64,000 nucleotides of DNA from Amphiscolops sp. MND2022 (GCA_964187785.1 OZ076410.1:42656001-42720000); one strand, 5' to 3'; positions 36,425 to 49,296 are shown, counted from the stretch's first letter. Numbers and translations are program-made. Notes: generated from the letters alone by a model not told the origin.

Positions 36425-38713
36425 TGTTACGGCTGACACACGGGTCATCGTTTTGGGTAGATATTATTCTAACTGACCTTATAGGTGTATAAAAATTTCT
36501 CGTTTCACTTTCAGGTCCATCCTCAGGTTCTTCTCTAACGTTCTGATTTGTTTTAGGCCTTAACAACTTCAACACTTCCTTTTGAATTCCGCAAGAAGGT
36601 TCTTAAATTCCGACGTTATTTCGTCTTTCAAAGAAGCTCTCAAACTCTCTAAGATGCAGTTCTCAACCCTGAGGGACTTCGCGCTCGACGTACGTGCGGT
36701 CATTATATCTTGGTCTACCTGGAGCTGATTCTCTACCAAAACTGGTGAAATCAACCCGGCACTCACGTTTTCGATGCTCTCCTGTTGAATATTTCTCCTC
36801 TTCTGGCTTCTAGTTGTTGACATTTAGGAAGAAAGTTTTGTTTCATTTTTGAATTGAATTTCGGTGTTTTGTTTTAACAAAAGTTGATATCAGAGTTAGC
36901 AAAACAATTCAACTGGTTTTACCAAAAGCAAAAAGACTGAGTCCCTCAACAGTTAGAATGAATTGTATTTATACCTTCCTAACATCATTTGATCACGAAT
37001 AAATCCCTAATTTCCTATGAACAACTAGTTTTTTCCTGTATTTTCGATGAAAAAATCATTATGATCCCAAATTTGCGTCAACATTTTGTCAATTTTTAAG
37101 ACACGTCAATTCTAATCTAGCATTAGTCTTTAACCATGGTCATTCCGGCGTCACTTTTGTTTCCTCCCAAGCAGGAAAAAGATTTTACTTCAGTCTGTCA
37201 AACCGGAAACGTTTCGCAGTTTCGCTGCTTTGGTTCGTAGGAAAATTGACGCGGAGTTGACGCTGACGTGAACAACTAATACCTGATTTTGAATTTTTGG
37301 TTGAAGGAAATTATGACTAATTTCGTTTGCTTGAGATATTCGGAAATGCTAGGAGAATAGAGGTTTTCAAATGAAAGCACTTAATTTGGGGACGGATTAT
37401 TATTCACAATCTTCAACAAATTCTAAATTGACACAATTATTACATTATGGAATAACGTGGCAACAGCGTCATATTAAATTAACGTAAGTGGAACATTAAG
37501 CAGCAACATCAACTCTTAGTGATATGATAAGCAAATAAACCCATCAACGTGTAATTTGAACATATCAATACACGGGCATGATGACAAAATACAAAGATGG
37601 TATTAAAAGATAGATTCATCATCAAAGTATCATTTCAAGCAAGTTACACCATTCAACTTATTAGACACATTGCAGCGACGTCAAATTAGCCTCGACACTA
37701 TAAAAATATTTCAAATGGCGTAGCAGCATCACAGTTTTGTGTGGTTGCAATTCAACATATTGTGACACTCTTCGAAATAATCATTAAAGTTAATATAATG
37801 GTTATTGCAAACTGGTTGAAAATCATCTGACACGTTACAACGACGTCTCATTGTACAAAATAATGCCAAAAGTTTACAATAGGCAGATTGTGCAAGTGTT
37901 TATATCATGTTCCAATAAGTAAACTGTGACTTTCATTCATGATGTTCTGGGAAGTTTCATTTAGATTAGGCCTTAGTGCATTTTTGAATCAGCAATAGTC
38001 TGTTTGACGAAGGATGGACGTGTTTTACAAGTTTCGCTCTTTTATTCCAACTAAGTTAGACATAAATTAGGTCTTTTCCTTCCATTGTTTTTGTTATAAC
38101 TGCGTGCTTTTCATTCTTTTGAATAGATTAAAGCAGCTAATTTGATGGATTTGCGACGGAGCGTTGACAAGTTTTCTTAGCTTGCTTGGCAAGCTGCCAA
38201 GTTTGACTAGATGCTGACGAGTATTTTGAAAAGAAAGTCTGACTAGCCGTCGAGTAATTTGGAATACCTTTATATAGCTGCCGATCTAGTGTTGTATTGC
38301 TGGCGTCACAAGTATAGTAATGTTTGCATGTATTGTCCTAATCCGCATTTATTACTGTTTGAAGGCAATTAAGCTCCCTTTTCTTAGAAGAGGCGTAAGT
38401 CTTTCGGTGTGCCATCTCAGTGAATTTTCTCTTTTAAATTTGATTATGTTTTTCATAAGGATAATCTTGGTATGATTTGCGGAAATGCGTGAAATCATTT
38501 TAGTTTATATAGTTTCCAGTATTCATTTTCTTTTGTGATTTGCGCAAAATGGACGTGCATCCCTTATTTTTAGTCACAGTTTATTTCAAAAATGGGATTA
38601 AAATTTGAGTCTGGTAACCGAAATACCATCTCGGGACCTCAGATTGCACCCGTGACCTCTGCCGATTCCTACTCGTTTAGAGCAACATCCCACACCGGGA
38701 GCGGGCTGTGACA
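36425..38713 (-). mobile_element. ~2.3-kb solo LTR containing a TATA box and a gag start (MSTTRSQKRR)
   Basis: Termini TGTTACGGC...GCTGTGACA (imperfect inverted ends); interrupts another LTR; diverged second copy at 43070-44672. Minus-strand TATAAATA near 36970 and ORF 36569-36823. TSD not clean. Confidence 0.7.
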
Positions 38714-39179
38714 CTATACAAGAGGGAAAATTAACCGTTCTTTTAACTCAGATGATATAAACTGTATTTCAGATGAAGTTTCACAATTGTGTCGAGGTTT
38801 TCGTGTCTCGGAATTCAATAACCAAGTCAGCATGATACTCCTAAAATTATGATCATGATTTTTAAAGAGAACAAATTTTTGCAATAAATAGCACTATACA
38901 TTTTTAAATACAGCGACATCACGTTATCACAAACAACTTCAAAGCAACAAAGCGCCGCATGGAATGCTTATACTGTCCTTGAGGTCGTACTGTATAACAG
39001 CATGCACTTTAAATGTTGTTCTACATGACATTTATAATAAAAGAAGCGTCACATGCATTTGTATGTTACATGGTTTTGGCCATGAGGCTGAGATACACAT
39101 ACTGAATTTCTACATTTGAGAGTATTTATTTAAACGATCAAAGTACTGGGGGTATCAACTAAGGTAGTTAATTTCCACT

Positions 39180-39181
<2 letters not shown>

Positions 39182-39215
<34 letters not shown>
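39182..39215. repeat. (TA)17 microsatellite
   Basis: Direct reading of the sequence. Confidence 0.98.
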
Positions 39216-39217
<2 letters not shown>

Positions 39218-39537
39218 ACGGATACGGTGGAAAGACTTAGCTAGCCGTTCCGGTTCAATAAACAGTAGTTCGATTTTTAATATTACTGCACTGTGATAGG
39301 ATGACAGTAATTAAGACATCAAGTGTACCTCGCCAAGCGAGAAGGCATTTGAAATCGTTTACTTCTCGTTTGTGCGTTTGGTGTTTAAGATCCGTGCCAA
39401 AATGAGACATAAGTGTGATAAAGATAACGAACCAATTACATGTTAATACGAAACAACACTTTAGAATAATTCGCTGGTTAGGGAAAAGAGTACTTCAGTT
39501 GAACGGGATCGTGTTTGGCAAGGCCCGCTGGTAGTTG

Positions 39538-41773
39538 TTAGGAGAAGTGTTGTGTAGGTGGTCGATGCCTCGTCTTGAATCTGTTCGACAGACTTTCTGC
39601 AAACGAGAGAGTCGGTACAGCCCGTGCTATATGGTTTTGGTTGACATCTGGGCCTTTAGCCGGTTCAGCATTTACCTTGTTTATGGCCAAATTGGGTACA
39701 TTTCTGCTGGTCGATGGGATCTCAATCTGTTTCCCTACACATTGAGCCATCAAGGCCACCTTTTTGTCTTCCGGTTCTGATAGGTCGTCAAAATCTTCCA
39801 CCGATGTGTCACTTAGACACTCCATGGACTTATCGCTTGAAATATAAATCGCACTGCTAGGTGGTGTTGAGCCACTGTCAGTGCCCATTTCGAGAGCTAA
39901 GACCAAGGGTCGACTATTCTGCAATAAATTAGAAGTAGAAATGACAAGACTTTACAGGTGAGTCCCAAAAAAATTCTTTAAAACCCGTTATCAGCTTCCC
40001 CGAGATTTCTTTCTTGGAGCAAACTTGTTCAATAACAACTTCATTCTTCGCTTTGACAATCTTCCGCTACTCGTTTGTTGATACTCGACTGTCTTTGAAG
40101 CCCTTCAGGTGGCAAGCAGTTACCACTCAGTTGTTAAGTGTTTTTCATCTTCATCAACCACTTGAGATCTTCAAGCGAATATGGCGGTGGCTAACAGCTG
40201 TTTTCGTCCTTCGTCTTTCAGCCAATAGGAACGCTGCAAAAATTTTTGAAATGGTCGAACAAGGTCGGTGATCCATATAAGGAAATAAACAACCTAAAAT
40301 GAAATGTTGAAAATAATGGAATCGTACACTTTTGTAAACAATGTAGATACTCCTGGTAGATCTTATCCATATATCACCGAAAACTTTGTGTAATCGTAAA
40401 ACATTAGACATCAATCTAACCGCCACGAGCTCTAATTTTCTTGTCAAGTCTTGTTATATAAAAGATTTCCTGGGCCGGTCCGACGGTGGGTTCGTTGTTG
40501 TCGCGGCCAATCTGAAAATTCCAATGATGATGTTGGCCAAAGTGGCTACTTCACTGAAGGGCACACTAGTGGGGCCCTCGGTTCCGACAATGATTTTGCC
40601 ACATTCGAATCCCAGAAAGGCAGACAGAGCACTACTGAAGCGACCTCTGCACAAACGAGCTCAAGCAACACCCTAACATGTCAGACCAATAGTCCCTCTG
40701 CCAATATCGTCCTAAGCTCCGGGGTACTGTGCAACATATTATGAGCCGCTGGCTATGAGTTTGACCGACATGTACTCACTGGAGTTTGAATCCAAGGGCG
40801 TCTATTGTTTTGTCTCCATCCGATTCTGGAAAGGAGACTCCATGGCCATCGTGAAACTCTTGCCCTACCGATTTGCCCCTGAGCCAGCTGCGGCGGGATT
40901 GTTGGTTACCATATCTCGCCTTCTGCCGTGCTGTCCACCGAAACTCAAGTATTTTAGCGTGTCTGGATGCCCCGGGGAGCTTCTGTCTTTGTTGGAGAGA
41001 TCTTCCTTTTTTGAAAGGGATTCATTGATCCCTTTCGTTTTGATGCTTTGTTCCCACCTGTCCTGATGCATCATTGATGGGGCACTGTGTTTGGCGACAT
41101 CAACTTCTTTTCGCAATTGAAGTTCCTCATAGTTTTCCTAGACGACTCTCAAGATCCGATTTGGATTACACTAACGCCTGATTTATCCAAGTTCAGTATT
41201 CCCTCCCTCAGGTCATGGTCCCCTAAAAGCCAGTGTCCAACATTTCCTTTTTTATAGGCCATTTCATCTTGCAAAATGGAGATCATCTCCGTCCCCGTCA
41301 TATGCTCGAAACTCCTGGCCAATTGAAAGTGAGGCGTAGAATACCTTACCAAGATGCTCTATTCCAAGAAATGCAAGGAGTCAGAAACAAGGTATAATAG
41401 GTTTTGTCCTTCTTGTCTCTCTTGTCTTTCACCTTTTCGCACTGCGGAACCAGACCTACGGCTTTTGTTTATTCTGTGCTGTTGTGTTCTACCACAGCGT
41501 CTTGATTGGGGTATCATTGCTGATGAGTCTTTTGCCATCAACATGAAGTTTTTCGGACGCAATGTCCGCGACTGTTAGTATCGCAATTTCATTTCAATTT
41601 CTCAAGCCCTGTTATCTCAATGTTTTTTCCCACACAGCTATAAAAGTCATAATATGGTGGTTGTCATGCATCTGTTGTTTGTTTCGTAGATACCAAGTGT
41701 TTCGAGGGCAGTCAGTCACGTCGAAAGTGCTCAGTGTTCTTCACTGGTAGCTTTGTTGTAGCTCCCTTCGCCA
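39538..41773 (-). pseudogene. very degenerate retroelement internal region
   Basis: Follows ...CCTTACA|TGGCGAAGGG (LTR end plus PBS-like sequence at 41764-41773); only weak gag/pol-like fragments. Confidence 0.3.
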
Positions 41774-43060
41774 TGTAAGGACTAAGGTCCTCTGTGGCTG
41801 CTTCGCTGTTATCCTGATTATTATTGGACGAACTAAACTCATAATCCCTTTGTTCCCAAGACAACGTACCCACGATATTCTGTATCTCTGAGAAAGTTCT
41901 TTCACTGATCGTAGAGCCAATGGCTCTGTTAATTTGAGAGTGCATCGTGGACATTACATATTCCTTTTCTTGAAGTTTATTTCATTTGAGAAGGTTTCCA
42001 TGGACTCTATCAAGTTAACCCGCCTAAGAATTTCTTGTTTACCTTTACAATCTCTAATTTCATTTTCCTGTGATGAATTCTCAATTTTATCAAAAGAGGC
42101 CTCAGTGTCATTTCCACTAGTAGAGCCGTTAATAGTCTTCAGTAGTTTTTGCTCAATTGGATTTGATTTTCATCACCTAGGATCACGTCCATGTTTCGAC
42201 AGTCGGACAACAAGTCCGTTTCTTATTTGATCTTCTCTTTTTCGCTTTTTTGTCTCCTAATAGAAGGCAAAAGAAATTACACAAGAGACAAAATTAATTG
42301 TTCCTGTAACTCAGTAGATTAAAACTGCATTTCAGATCAGTTTTCACAATTGTGTCCTGAGACCTTCTTGTCTCGGGTATAAATACCCAAATCAGCATGA
42401 CAGTCGTAATTTTATGATCATCATTTCCCAAATAGATCAATTGTTACTATAGATAGCATCGTGCACTTCTAAATGTTACGACGTCATGTTACTAAAAAGA
42501 ACTTCAAAGCAATAAGGCGCTGCATGTCCCTATTGGGACTAACGAATGTGTGGAAAGCTAATAACGTCCTTGAGGATTTATAGTATAACACAATGCACAT
42601 TAAATAATGTTCTACGTTACAACTGATATAGAAAATTGTCACATGCATTTGTATGTTACATGGTCTTTGGCTACAAGGACCGAGATGTACATATCAATGT
42701 ACAGCACTTCTACATTTGAAACTATTTGTCTAGAAAAGTACTAGGAGATGAATTTCCACAGTTCACAAAATCAGAACATAATTAAGCAACTGATTAGAAG
42801 AGCAACTGTAGAAAGGCATTCAATTTCTCGTAGAACAGAAGGTCTTTTGTTTGATGTTCATTTCTTTTATTAATGACCGTTACGGCGCAAAGACTTCTAA
42901 TTAGAAACAGTACTTCTAATCTAATAATATTGCACTGTGATCGACTGAGATTAATTTGGACACCTACTTTACCGCGCCAAGCGAGAAGGCATTTGAACCC
43001 GTTTCCTTCTTCTTTGTGCATTTGGTGTCTAATATCCGTACCAATGTAGAATAGTGTGAG
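41774..43060 (-). repeat. LTR of the 'MDVxL' gag family (truncated), containing a degraded gag N-terminus
   Basis: Left end TGTAAGGAC matches element A LTR end TGTAAGGAA. MSTMHSQINRAIGSTISERTFSEIQ resembles EVMHTQISKAISCALSERVIPEIQ. Similar to 38714-39420. Confidence 0.7.
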
Positions 43061-43069
43061 ATGATGCGC

Positions 43070-44672
43070 CGTATTTATACCCTCCTATCATCATTTGATT
43101 ACGAATGAATCCCTAAATTTCAATAAACAATTAGCCATTTCCTGTATTTTTGGTAGAAAAATCACCATGATCCCCATTTTGCGTCGACATTTCGTCAAGT
43201 TTCAAGACACGAAACCTCTAATTCAGTATTAGTCATCAGACATGATCATATCATTCCATCCACTCAAATATTTAGTTTACATCATTGTTTTCATCCATTG
43301 ATACTTTAGTCAAATAATAATTGACGATGCATCAACGTTAATTAGTTTCAAATGCAGCAACAATTATAAGTAACAACGCATCAGTAACGATAATCAATTT
43401 TACATGTATAGTTCTAATTTATATCAACAATTTTTCAACGTCATTATTTTGCGAGAAAATGGATTTTCTTTGAGATCGATGATTTAATAACGGGTACTGT
43501 ATACCAGTAAAAAGGTATAACAAACTGCAAAAACTAGTTCAAACTTAAGTTTCACAAGATGTCGACATGACAACGACAACTTAGCTATGAACAGCTTCAC
43601 AATTTGGCTTTTTTTAAAAAAATAGAAAAATCACATCTACAAAATCTTCCAGTATCAAAGAAAACTGTTATTTCAATTCCTCATATACATAAGCTGTGAT
43701 TTTTAGTGAATATTGAAATATTTCCTTTTAAGTCCAAACTTAGTAAGTCCTAAGTTATGTTTTTAAGTTTTCAATATTTTTGTTCGACTGAGGGTAGAGG
43801 TATTTGTTGAGCTTCCTGCTATATCATATCTAATTCTAACGTAATCCAAAGACGTAATCCTCTGATCTTTTCCGTCGAATCTACATTCAATCTACTATTA
43901 TGGAATGTACAAAATAGCTATTTTGATGAATTTGCGACGTAGCATTGACGAGTTTTCTTAGCTAACTTGACAGGCTGCCAAGTTCGACGAGATGCTGACG
44001 AGTCTTTTGGAATGATTTTCTGCGAATCTAGTGACGTAATATCGACGAGCAATTTGAAATGCTTTCATTTAGTTGTCTAGTTGGTGACGTTCTTCTAATA
44101 TTGGTGACGTCACTAGTATAGTAATATCAGTCGCCGCGGCCATATTTAGTTACGTAGCGTGAAATCGTCGTGTTCTGCAATATTTGCCTTTCAAGGAGCA
44201 ATTAAGCTGCCTTTTCTCAGAAAGGCGTAATTTTTTTAATGATTGTCTCAAATGTATTTTCTATTTTGGATCAGAGTATGTTCCCAATTTAGGAACCATT
44301 ATTCCTTTAATTTCCGTTTATTTCAACTTATGATATTTGTCACTAAATTAGCCTCACTACTGGTTTCAGGTTTTAGAATGACTGTAGTATTGCGTGGCTT
44401 AAACGTCTCAGCGGAAATGTGTGAAAATTTGTTTCATCTGATCTTTTTTGGCGCACGTTTCCGTTTTAGATGCGTTGAGTTTTGATGTTCGTTTCCATTT
44501 TGTATTCGCTCGACAGTAGTCATATTTCCTTTAGTTAAGTCACAGTTTAATTCAATTAAAGTTTGAGTCTAACAGTTGAAGTACCATCTTGGGAACCTTG
44601 ATCCACAGCCACGTCCTCTCCCGATACCTATTCGTCTGCACCCACAAGCCAGTCCGGAAGCGGGCAGTAACA
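43070..44672 (-). repeat. truncated LTR, probable 3' LTR of element B
   Basis: Diverged copy of 36960-38713. Similarity stops exactly at GGGCAGTAACA (44672), matching GGGCTGTGACA (38713). Confidence 0.7.
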
Positions 44673-45332
44673 GGGCCACGGTGATGAGTCGAACAGCTCT
44701 CCCGGGTTGACGAAGTTGAAACGAGTATTCGGGCGCAATCACGCTGACATTCGTAGTTTCGATAACACTTCTTTTTTTGCCGATTGTTTCAGGGACTTGC
44801 ATTTTGTAAGTTTACCTTCTTTAAGGGGCCTGGAGGAGTGACGAACTACGAGTGTGACTCCTCATGAAGCACTTGTTTCATGTACTCTAGTACTTGACTA
44901 CTCGACACAGATTCTTCGGGGGCTGCGTGTCCTTCCACTACGATTTTTTCCGAACTCAGGCTTTCATCAGGGCTTTCAGGGCTATCTGCAGGTTCGTCCT
45001 CGTGCAATTCTTCCGTTGTGTTTTTCCGTTTCGGAAAGTTCCTTTAATTCAATGGATTCATAGCTCGGGTTTATTTTCATTCGCTTACATTTTGATTAAA
45101 GGGATTCCAATGACAGATCGAAATATTTTTCCTCACCTACTGTAGCCTCACTGGAATGGGGAATTTCCGAAACTACGACATAGTTCGGAATTTCACATCT
45201 CGGGAGAGTGTAGGACGCTCTTTCCAGGATTCTTTTTTGATCGCTCGACGGAAAGTCAACCAATTCATAAGTGCTTTTGTAGATGTTCATCTTTGATTGG
45301 TTAACAATCTTTGTAACCCTTTTAAATGCCAA
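44569..45332 (-). pseudogene. orphan ORF3 of element B (acidic, Ser/Pro-rich), ending inside the LTR
   Basis: ORF 45096-45332 continues through stops (ELKELSETENTTEELHEDEPADSPESPDES). ORF 44569-44802 crosses the LTR boundary. Confidence 0.4.
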
Positions 45333-45340
45333 ACCGCTGT

Positions 45341-45630
45341 TGACGTCGCAGTTATGCCAACGTCGCGTTTGTATTGGCCGCGAAATGAATATTCTACATG
45401 ACCAAAGTTATCAATGTTTTACTGACGTCACTTTCGTTAGCGCTTAGCCAACTTTTTTGTTTGTCATCGTTTTGATGACGTCAGTTTCAGTTAAAATCCA
45501 ACTCTGATTACTTTGTAACAATTTTGATGACGTCAATTTTTATTAGCGTTTTGCTAACTTCCATTTATCGGTTATAGGATTGTTTTAATCCGATTAACCT
45601 TGTTTGTTAGTGTTTTGCTGACGTCAGTTT
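45341..45630. promoter_or_regulatory. array of four perfect CRE palindromes (TGACGTCA) plus CCAAT and E2F-like sites
   Basis: TGACGTCA at 45423, 45476, 45528 and 45619; imperfect TGACGTCG at 45341; ATTGG at 45373 adjoining GCCGCGAAA. Confidence 0.6.
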
Positions 45631-45699
45631 TATTAGCTGTTTCATCTTCATTCTTTTTTCAAAGTCGCTGCTGTTCACGATGACCACTAATGAGCTTTT

Positions 45700-47867
45700 G
45701 TGAATAATATTTTTCAGCAGATAGGCATAGTCCGTATTTTCTATTTCTACAGCTTAGATTTCCCTGACGCGTCGATTTGGGAATTTATTTTAGGTTCCGG
45801 ACCGGTTTCTATTGTCGTCGCTACCGCCAATTCCGAAGTAGCTCCTCTTCCTTCAGATCTTTCTGCCATTACTGTTTTCCCCCTTCCAGGTTCTGTTGAT
45901 CTTGCTGGAGATGCACCAATCTAGGAGTTTGGTACTGAGGGTTCCGTTGGCAAGACGCTGAATCATGGACATGTGCCTGCTCTTGATTCTTCCCCTTCTT
46001 CTTGCCATGGTGGGTTTGATACTCCACTGTCTCAATTGTTTGCCGAGTCACTTCAACCTCGTGTAAATGAGGGTCATCCCCCCTCGACGATAGAGACGAA
46101 ATTGGAAAAAGCAACAAGCAGTCCAACTGCTATTGTGGGTGGTCAGAAGGCGATTTCTCTTCGTTTTTGGTCGTTCTTGCCAGACTTTGAGCAGACCTTT
46201 GTGGATCGTACATCTGCTGCAGGAGATAGACGTGGTTAGTGTTGTTTGTTTTTTCACCAATATATATGTTGCCTGTTTTTGTCTTGCGTATGTTTCTTTA
46301 GTTTTCTTCTTATTGCTGCGGGTTTGCTTTGTTCGTGGTAGTATATAGTGGGCACTTTGTGTGTATGTCTTGTGTTGCCTCCTGAGGAAGAAGGTGCTCA
46401 ACAGTCTCCATCGAGATGTCTGCGCTCTCGAGGTTCTAAGGAGGGTCCAGCGGCAGGCCAAATGTGAGGTTGATAAGGTGAGATGTTTGTGGCTTTTTCT
46501 GATGTGCGTTTTGTGAGGTGAAGGTTGTCAATCTTTGTCAATCTTGTATTTGGTGTGAATTGGGAATATTTTTCGGTAGCTTTCACATTGGTGTAGTATT
46601 GTAGTCGTTATTTCGTTGTAGATGTGTGTTCTGGACTGGTTAGTGAGCAGTGAGAACACGAATGTGTTTCGACTTGGTCTTCTTGGTCACTTATTGGATC
46701 TTTGTAAACTTTGTATTGTTTTGTATAATTTCATCAAATTGCTCTGCTGTTGTCGTCATGTTGTTATTTGTGTGCTCACGTGCCTGTGATTTATGGGTGT
46801 AATTGGTTTAGATGTGGTCTCTTTCGAGAAGCAGCGCGTTGGTCGATCCGATTATGGATTTCATTCCTATATGGGCTTGAGTCAATTTGTGTATGGTCTG
46901 CTGTCTCAGAGTTGCAAAAATAGAGCCTTACCTTTATTGAATTTATTAGACAAATACATGGACGTGTCGAAGATTGCCAACTTCGAGAAGGTGTCAACAT
47001 CCAAGTTCGAGGCAATTTACCCGTTAGGTGACACTTTGCGTGATGTCAAGAGTGTTTTTGTTCAGAGGAGTGCTGTTAGGAGGCGGCAATTAGTACATCT
47101 TCGACACTTCAACAGTTTGGTGCGAGTGTTGGAACGATGCAAAGTAGTGAGTGATGTCGAGGAAAAGTCTGCAATTGAAGCGTTTCTAACCTTCGTAGTT
47201 GATATTCGTGCTCGTCATGTCAACGATGATCAAAGTGCTGAGTGAACCATTGATGTTTATAGGCCGACTACAGTTTTTGGCCCGAAAAAACGTATGCCGT
47301 GTATTCAATCTTTGTTGTCTGGTGGTGGTGAAGCCCCGCTGTGAGTATCATGTCGTTGATATTGACTTGGGTGGGTGTACTGTTTCAGAACTTGTGGTGG
47401 CATCTTGTATTCGTGGTGTGCAGAGTTACGTAAAAGCAGGATCACGCGTCTTCATGGCCTTGACTGATTTCGGTACCTGGGCGAGACCTTGCTGTGGAGG
47501 ACAGAATGGTAACGATACACGACCTTATTTGATGATTATTTGGCGCGAGAGAAAGATGTGTTCTATGATCATCTTCGTGATTCAAAACAACGTGGTCGTC
47601 AATCCCAGTCTGACGATACTGGTTCTACGGTCTACTACTGTGACGTGTGCGGAGATTCATGGATCTTCTGTTGTCGGTGGGAGTGAGACGTGTTCTGGTC
47701 CTCCTAGTAAAGAGAAGAAGTACAGTAGTCTAGCTTCGTTGCTGGGTCGGAAGAGAGAGGATGCGGATAGTGTGGAAACAGTTGCGAAGAAGAGTACGAA
47801 AGCGTCTGGGAATTCTGCCAGTAAAGGTGCTGGGCCTAGATCGAAAAGGCGACAAATTTTGAACTGA
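45700..47867 (+). pseudogene. antisense cargo gene copy B (hAT-like C-terminal half; zinc-finger region not found)
   Basis: LRHFNSLVRVLERCKVVSDVEEKSAIEAFLTFVVDIR aligns with copy C IRLFEDLVSCLQEAGYLDDLDRESSVIEFKSLGVDLR. VVDIDLGG..SCIRGVQSYV aligns with AVDITVSG..GLYAIQSFV. GTTAGT donor near 46236 followed by a TG-rich intron-like tract. Confidence 0.6.
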
Positions 47868-47948
47868 ATTGGAAACTTTGTTGTTTTGTACATTTTTTTA
47901 TTGTTGTCACTTGCTTCCGCCTTGTTTCCGTGGTTTATAGTTTTGCTT

Positions 47949-49010
47949 TTAAAAGATGAGGTTCCAAAAAATTGAAACGAAAAGAAAAAAAAGAATTATC
48001 GGTCCGTAGTATGCTTGACTTGTAGAATAACCAGATTGGTTCTGTCTGGACCCCTGACTTTGTCTTTTCTGGTGAGTCGAAAAAACAGTGTCAAGTCGTC
48101 TGAAGCCCGGATTAGCATTAAGCTTAGGACTAGGTCGTAAAATATATTTTGCTATTCTGCGTGGATTGTAGCCAACTACCGTAGGCAGTGATTTTGGGGT
48201 CATAGGTGGACTTTCAACGGGTGGGGTGCCGCGTATATAAGGGTTATCCCCCACGGTCAGTAGTAAGATTTGTTGAAAAATCTCTCGACGGCAGTTGGTT
48301 ATTGTCTGTGTTTTTTACAGTTCGTTTAGTAGTAGTTTCTTGCGTTCACTTTCATCAGCAGTTTTAGTTGTTTTTGTCGTTGTTGTTTTGTCCAATTGGT
48401 TGCCAAAATATATCTCGCATGACGTGGCATACTTTTCATTGTGCGGTGGTTTGAGGTCTGGATCTGGCAGATATTCATTTGATCGTACCGTCACGTCGGG
48501 TATGCATTGTTGCGGCACGCATGGATTCTGTATAAGGTTTGTGTTTATCTTTTAGCAAATTTCCTGATTGTGTAGTTTTTGTTTGACATTACCTTTTTGA
48601 ATATGCACGATCCCGTCCAGATAAAATCTCGAAAGGCGAATTTTGTCGACTGGTTGTCTGCTTTCGGGTTAGGAATACAGCAGTGGGTATTTATCTTGAG
48701 CGGAGCTGCAGACGCTTTTTGGTCGTAATGTTTCTTGTATTTGAGTTAAGACAGCATGATGTTGTCCTTTGCTGTCGCACGCACTTCGTCAATTTACTTT
48801 TGCAGTTGTTCAGCTATGTCCAAGTTGATACCCAAGTTTAGATCGAGTACGTGTTGAGCCATTCTTCCATGAAATATTGTGGATGGTTCGCAGCCCAGAA
48901 TCTCATGGTATGTTGTATTGTAATTCTTTACTGCGATTTGGACATATTTGCATTACAGTGCCAAAAGTGGGTTAGCACACTTTTGAGCTATTACGTCACC
49001 GAAATCCACT
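47949..49010 (-). pseudogene. Gypsy integrase C-terminal remnant (element B)
   Basis: Minus translation AVKNYNTTYHEILGCEPSTIFHGR..HVLDL, KKHYDQKASAAPL, TKFAFRDFIWTG, and terminal KYILRPSP. Confidence 0.85.
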
Positions 49011-49199
49011 GACGTATTCTTAAACATATCTTTCACTCATTTTCAATGGATTCCGTTGTAGCCTGTTTTGTATTCCACTAACATATCTAGCTAATGTACA
49101 AAAATGCGTGCACCGGAAGCCACTGCTTTCCACTGCCAACTGGTTGAACCAATCGCGTCAACATATTTCAACTTTCAGCGAAATTCGCTGTAAATTGCA

Positions 49200-49296
49200 G
49201 TGGATTCCACTCTGGCGTACAGTCGATCACACTTTTTAACTTGTGCAATAGACTGCAAAACGAGTGGAATCGACTGTAAGTTAAAGTGGAATCCAC
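49200..49296. repeat. imperfect ~34-bp inverted repeat with ~30-nt loop
   Basis: gtggattccact..acagtcgat pairs with atcgactgt..agtggaatccac. Confidence 0.75.

Larger units (their letters stand above)
36136..39420 (-). mobile_element. LTR fragment of the 'MDVxL' gag family, split by the insertion at 36425-38713
   Basis: 36136-36424 encodes FSDFRNMDVILDDGISNPIKRE (cf. MDVMLGDGNSNSIERE of element A). 38714-39420 matches 42290-43060, where the two halves are contiguous. Confidence 0.65.

Noticed and set aside
39538-39924. Another cargo or host gene (Ser/Asp-rich 128-aa ORF)
   Set aside because: Low complexity, with no alignable motif to the cargo copies and no splice support.
47949-48010. Transmembrane tail (PIILFFLFVSIFW) on the element B integrase
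   Set aside because: Most simply explained by the A-rich 3' end of the opposite-strand gene; no equivalent in-frame tail in element A.
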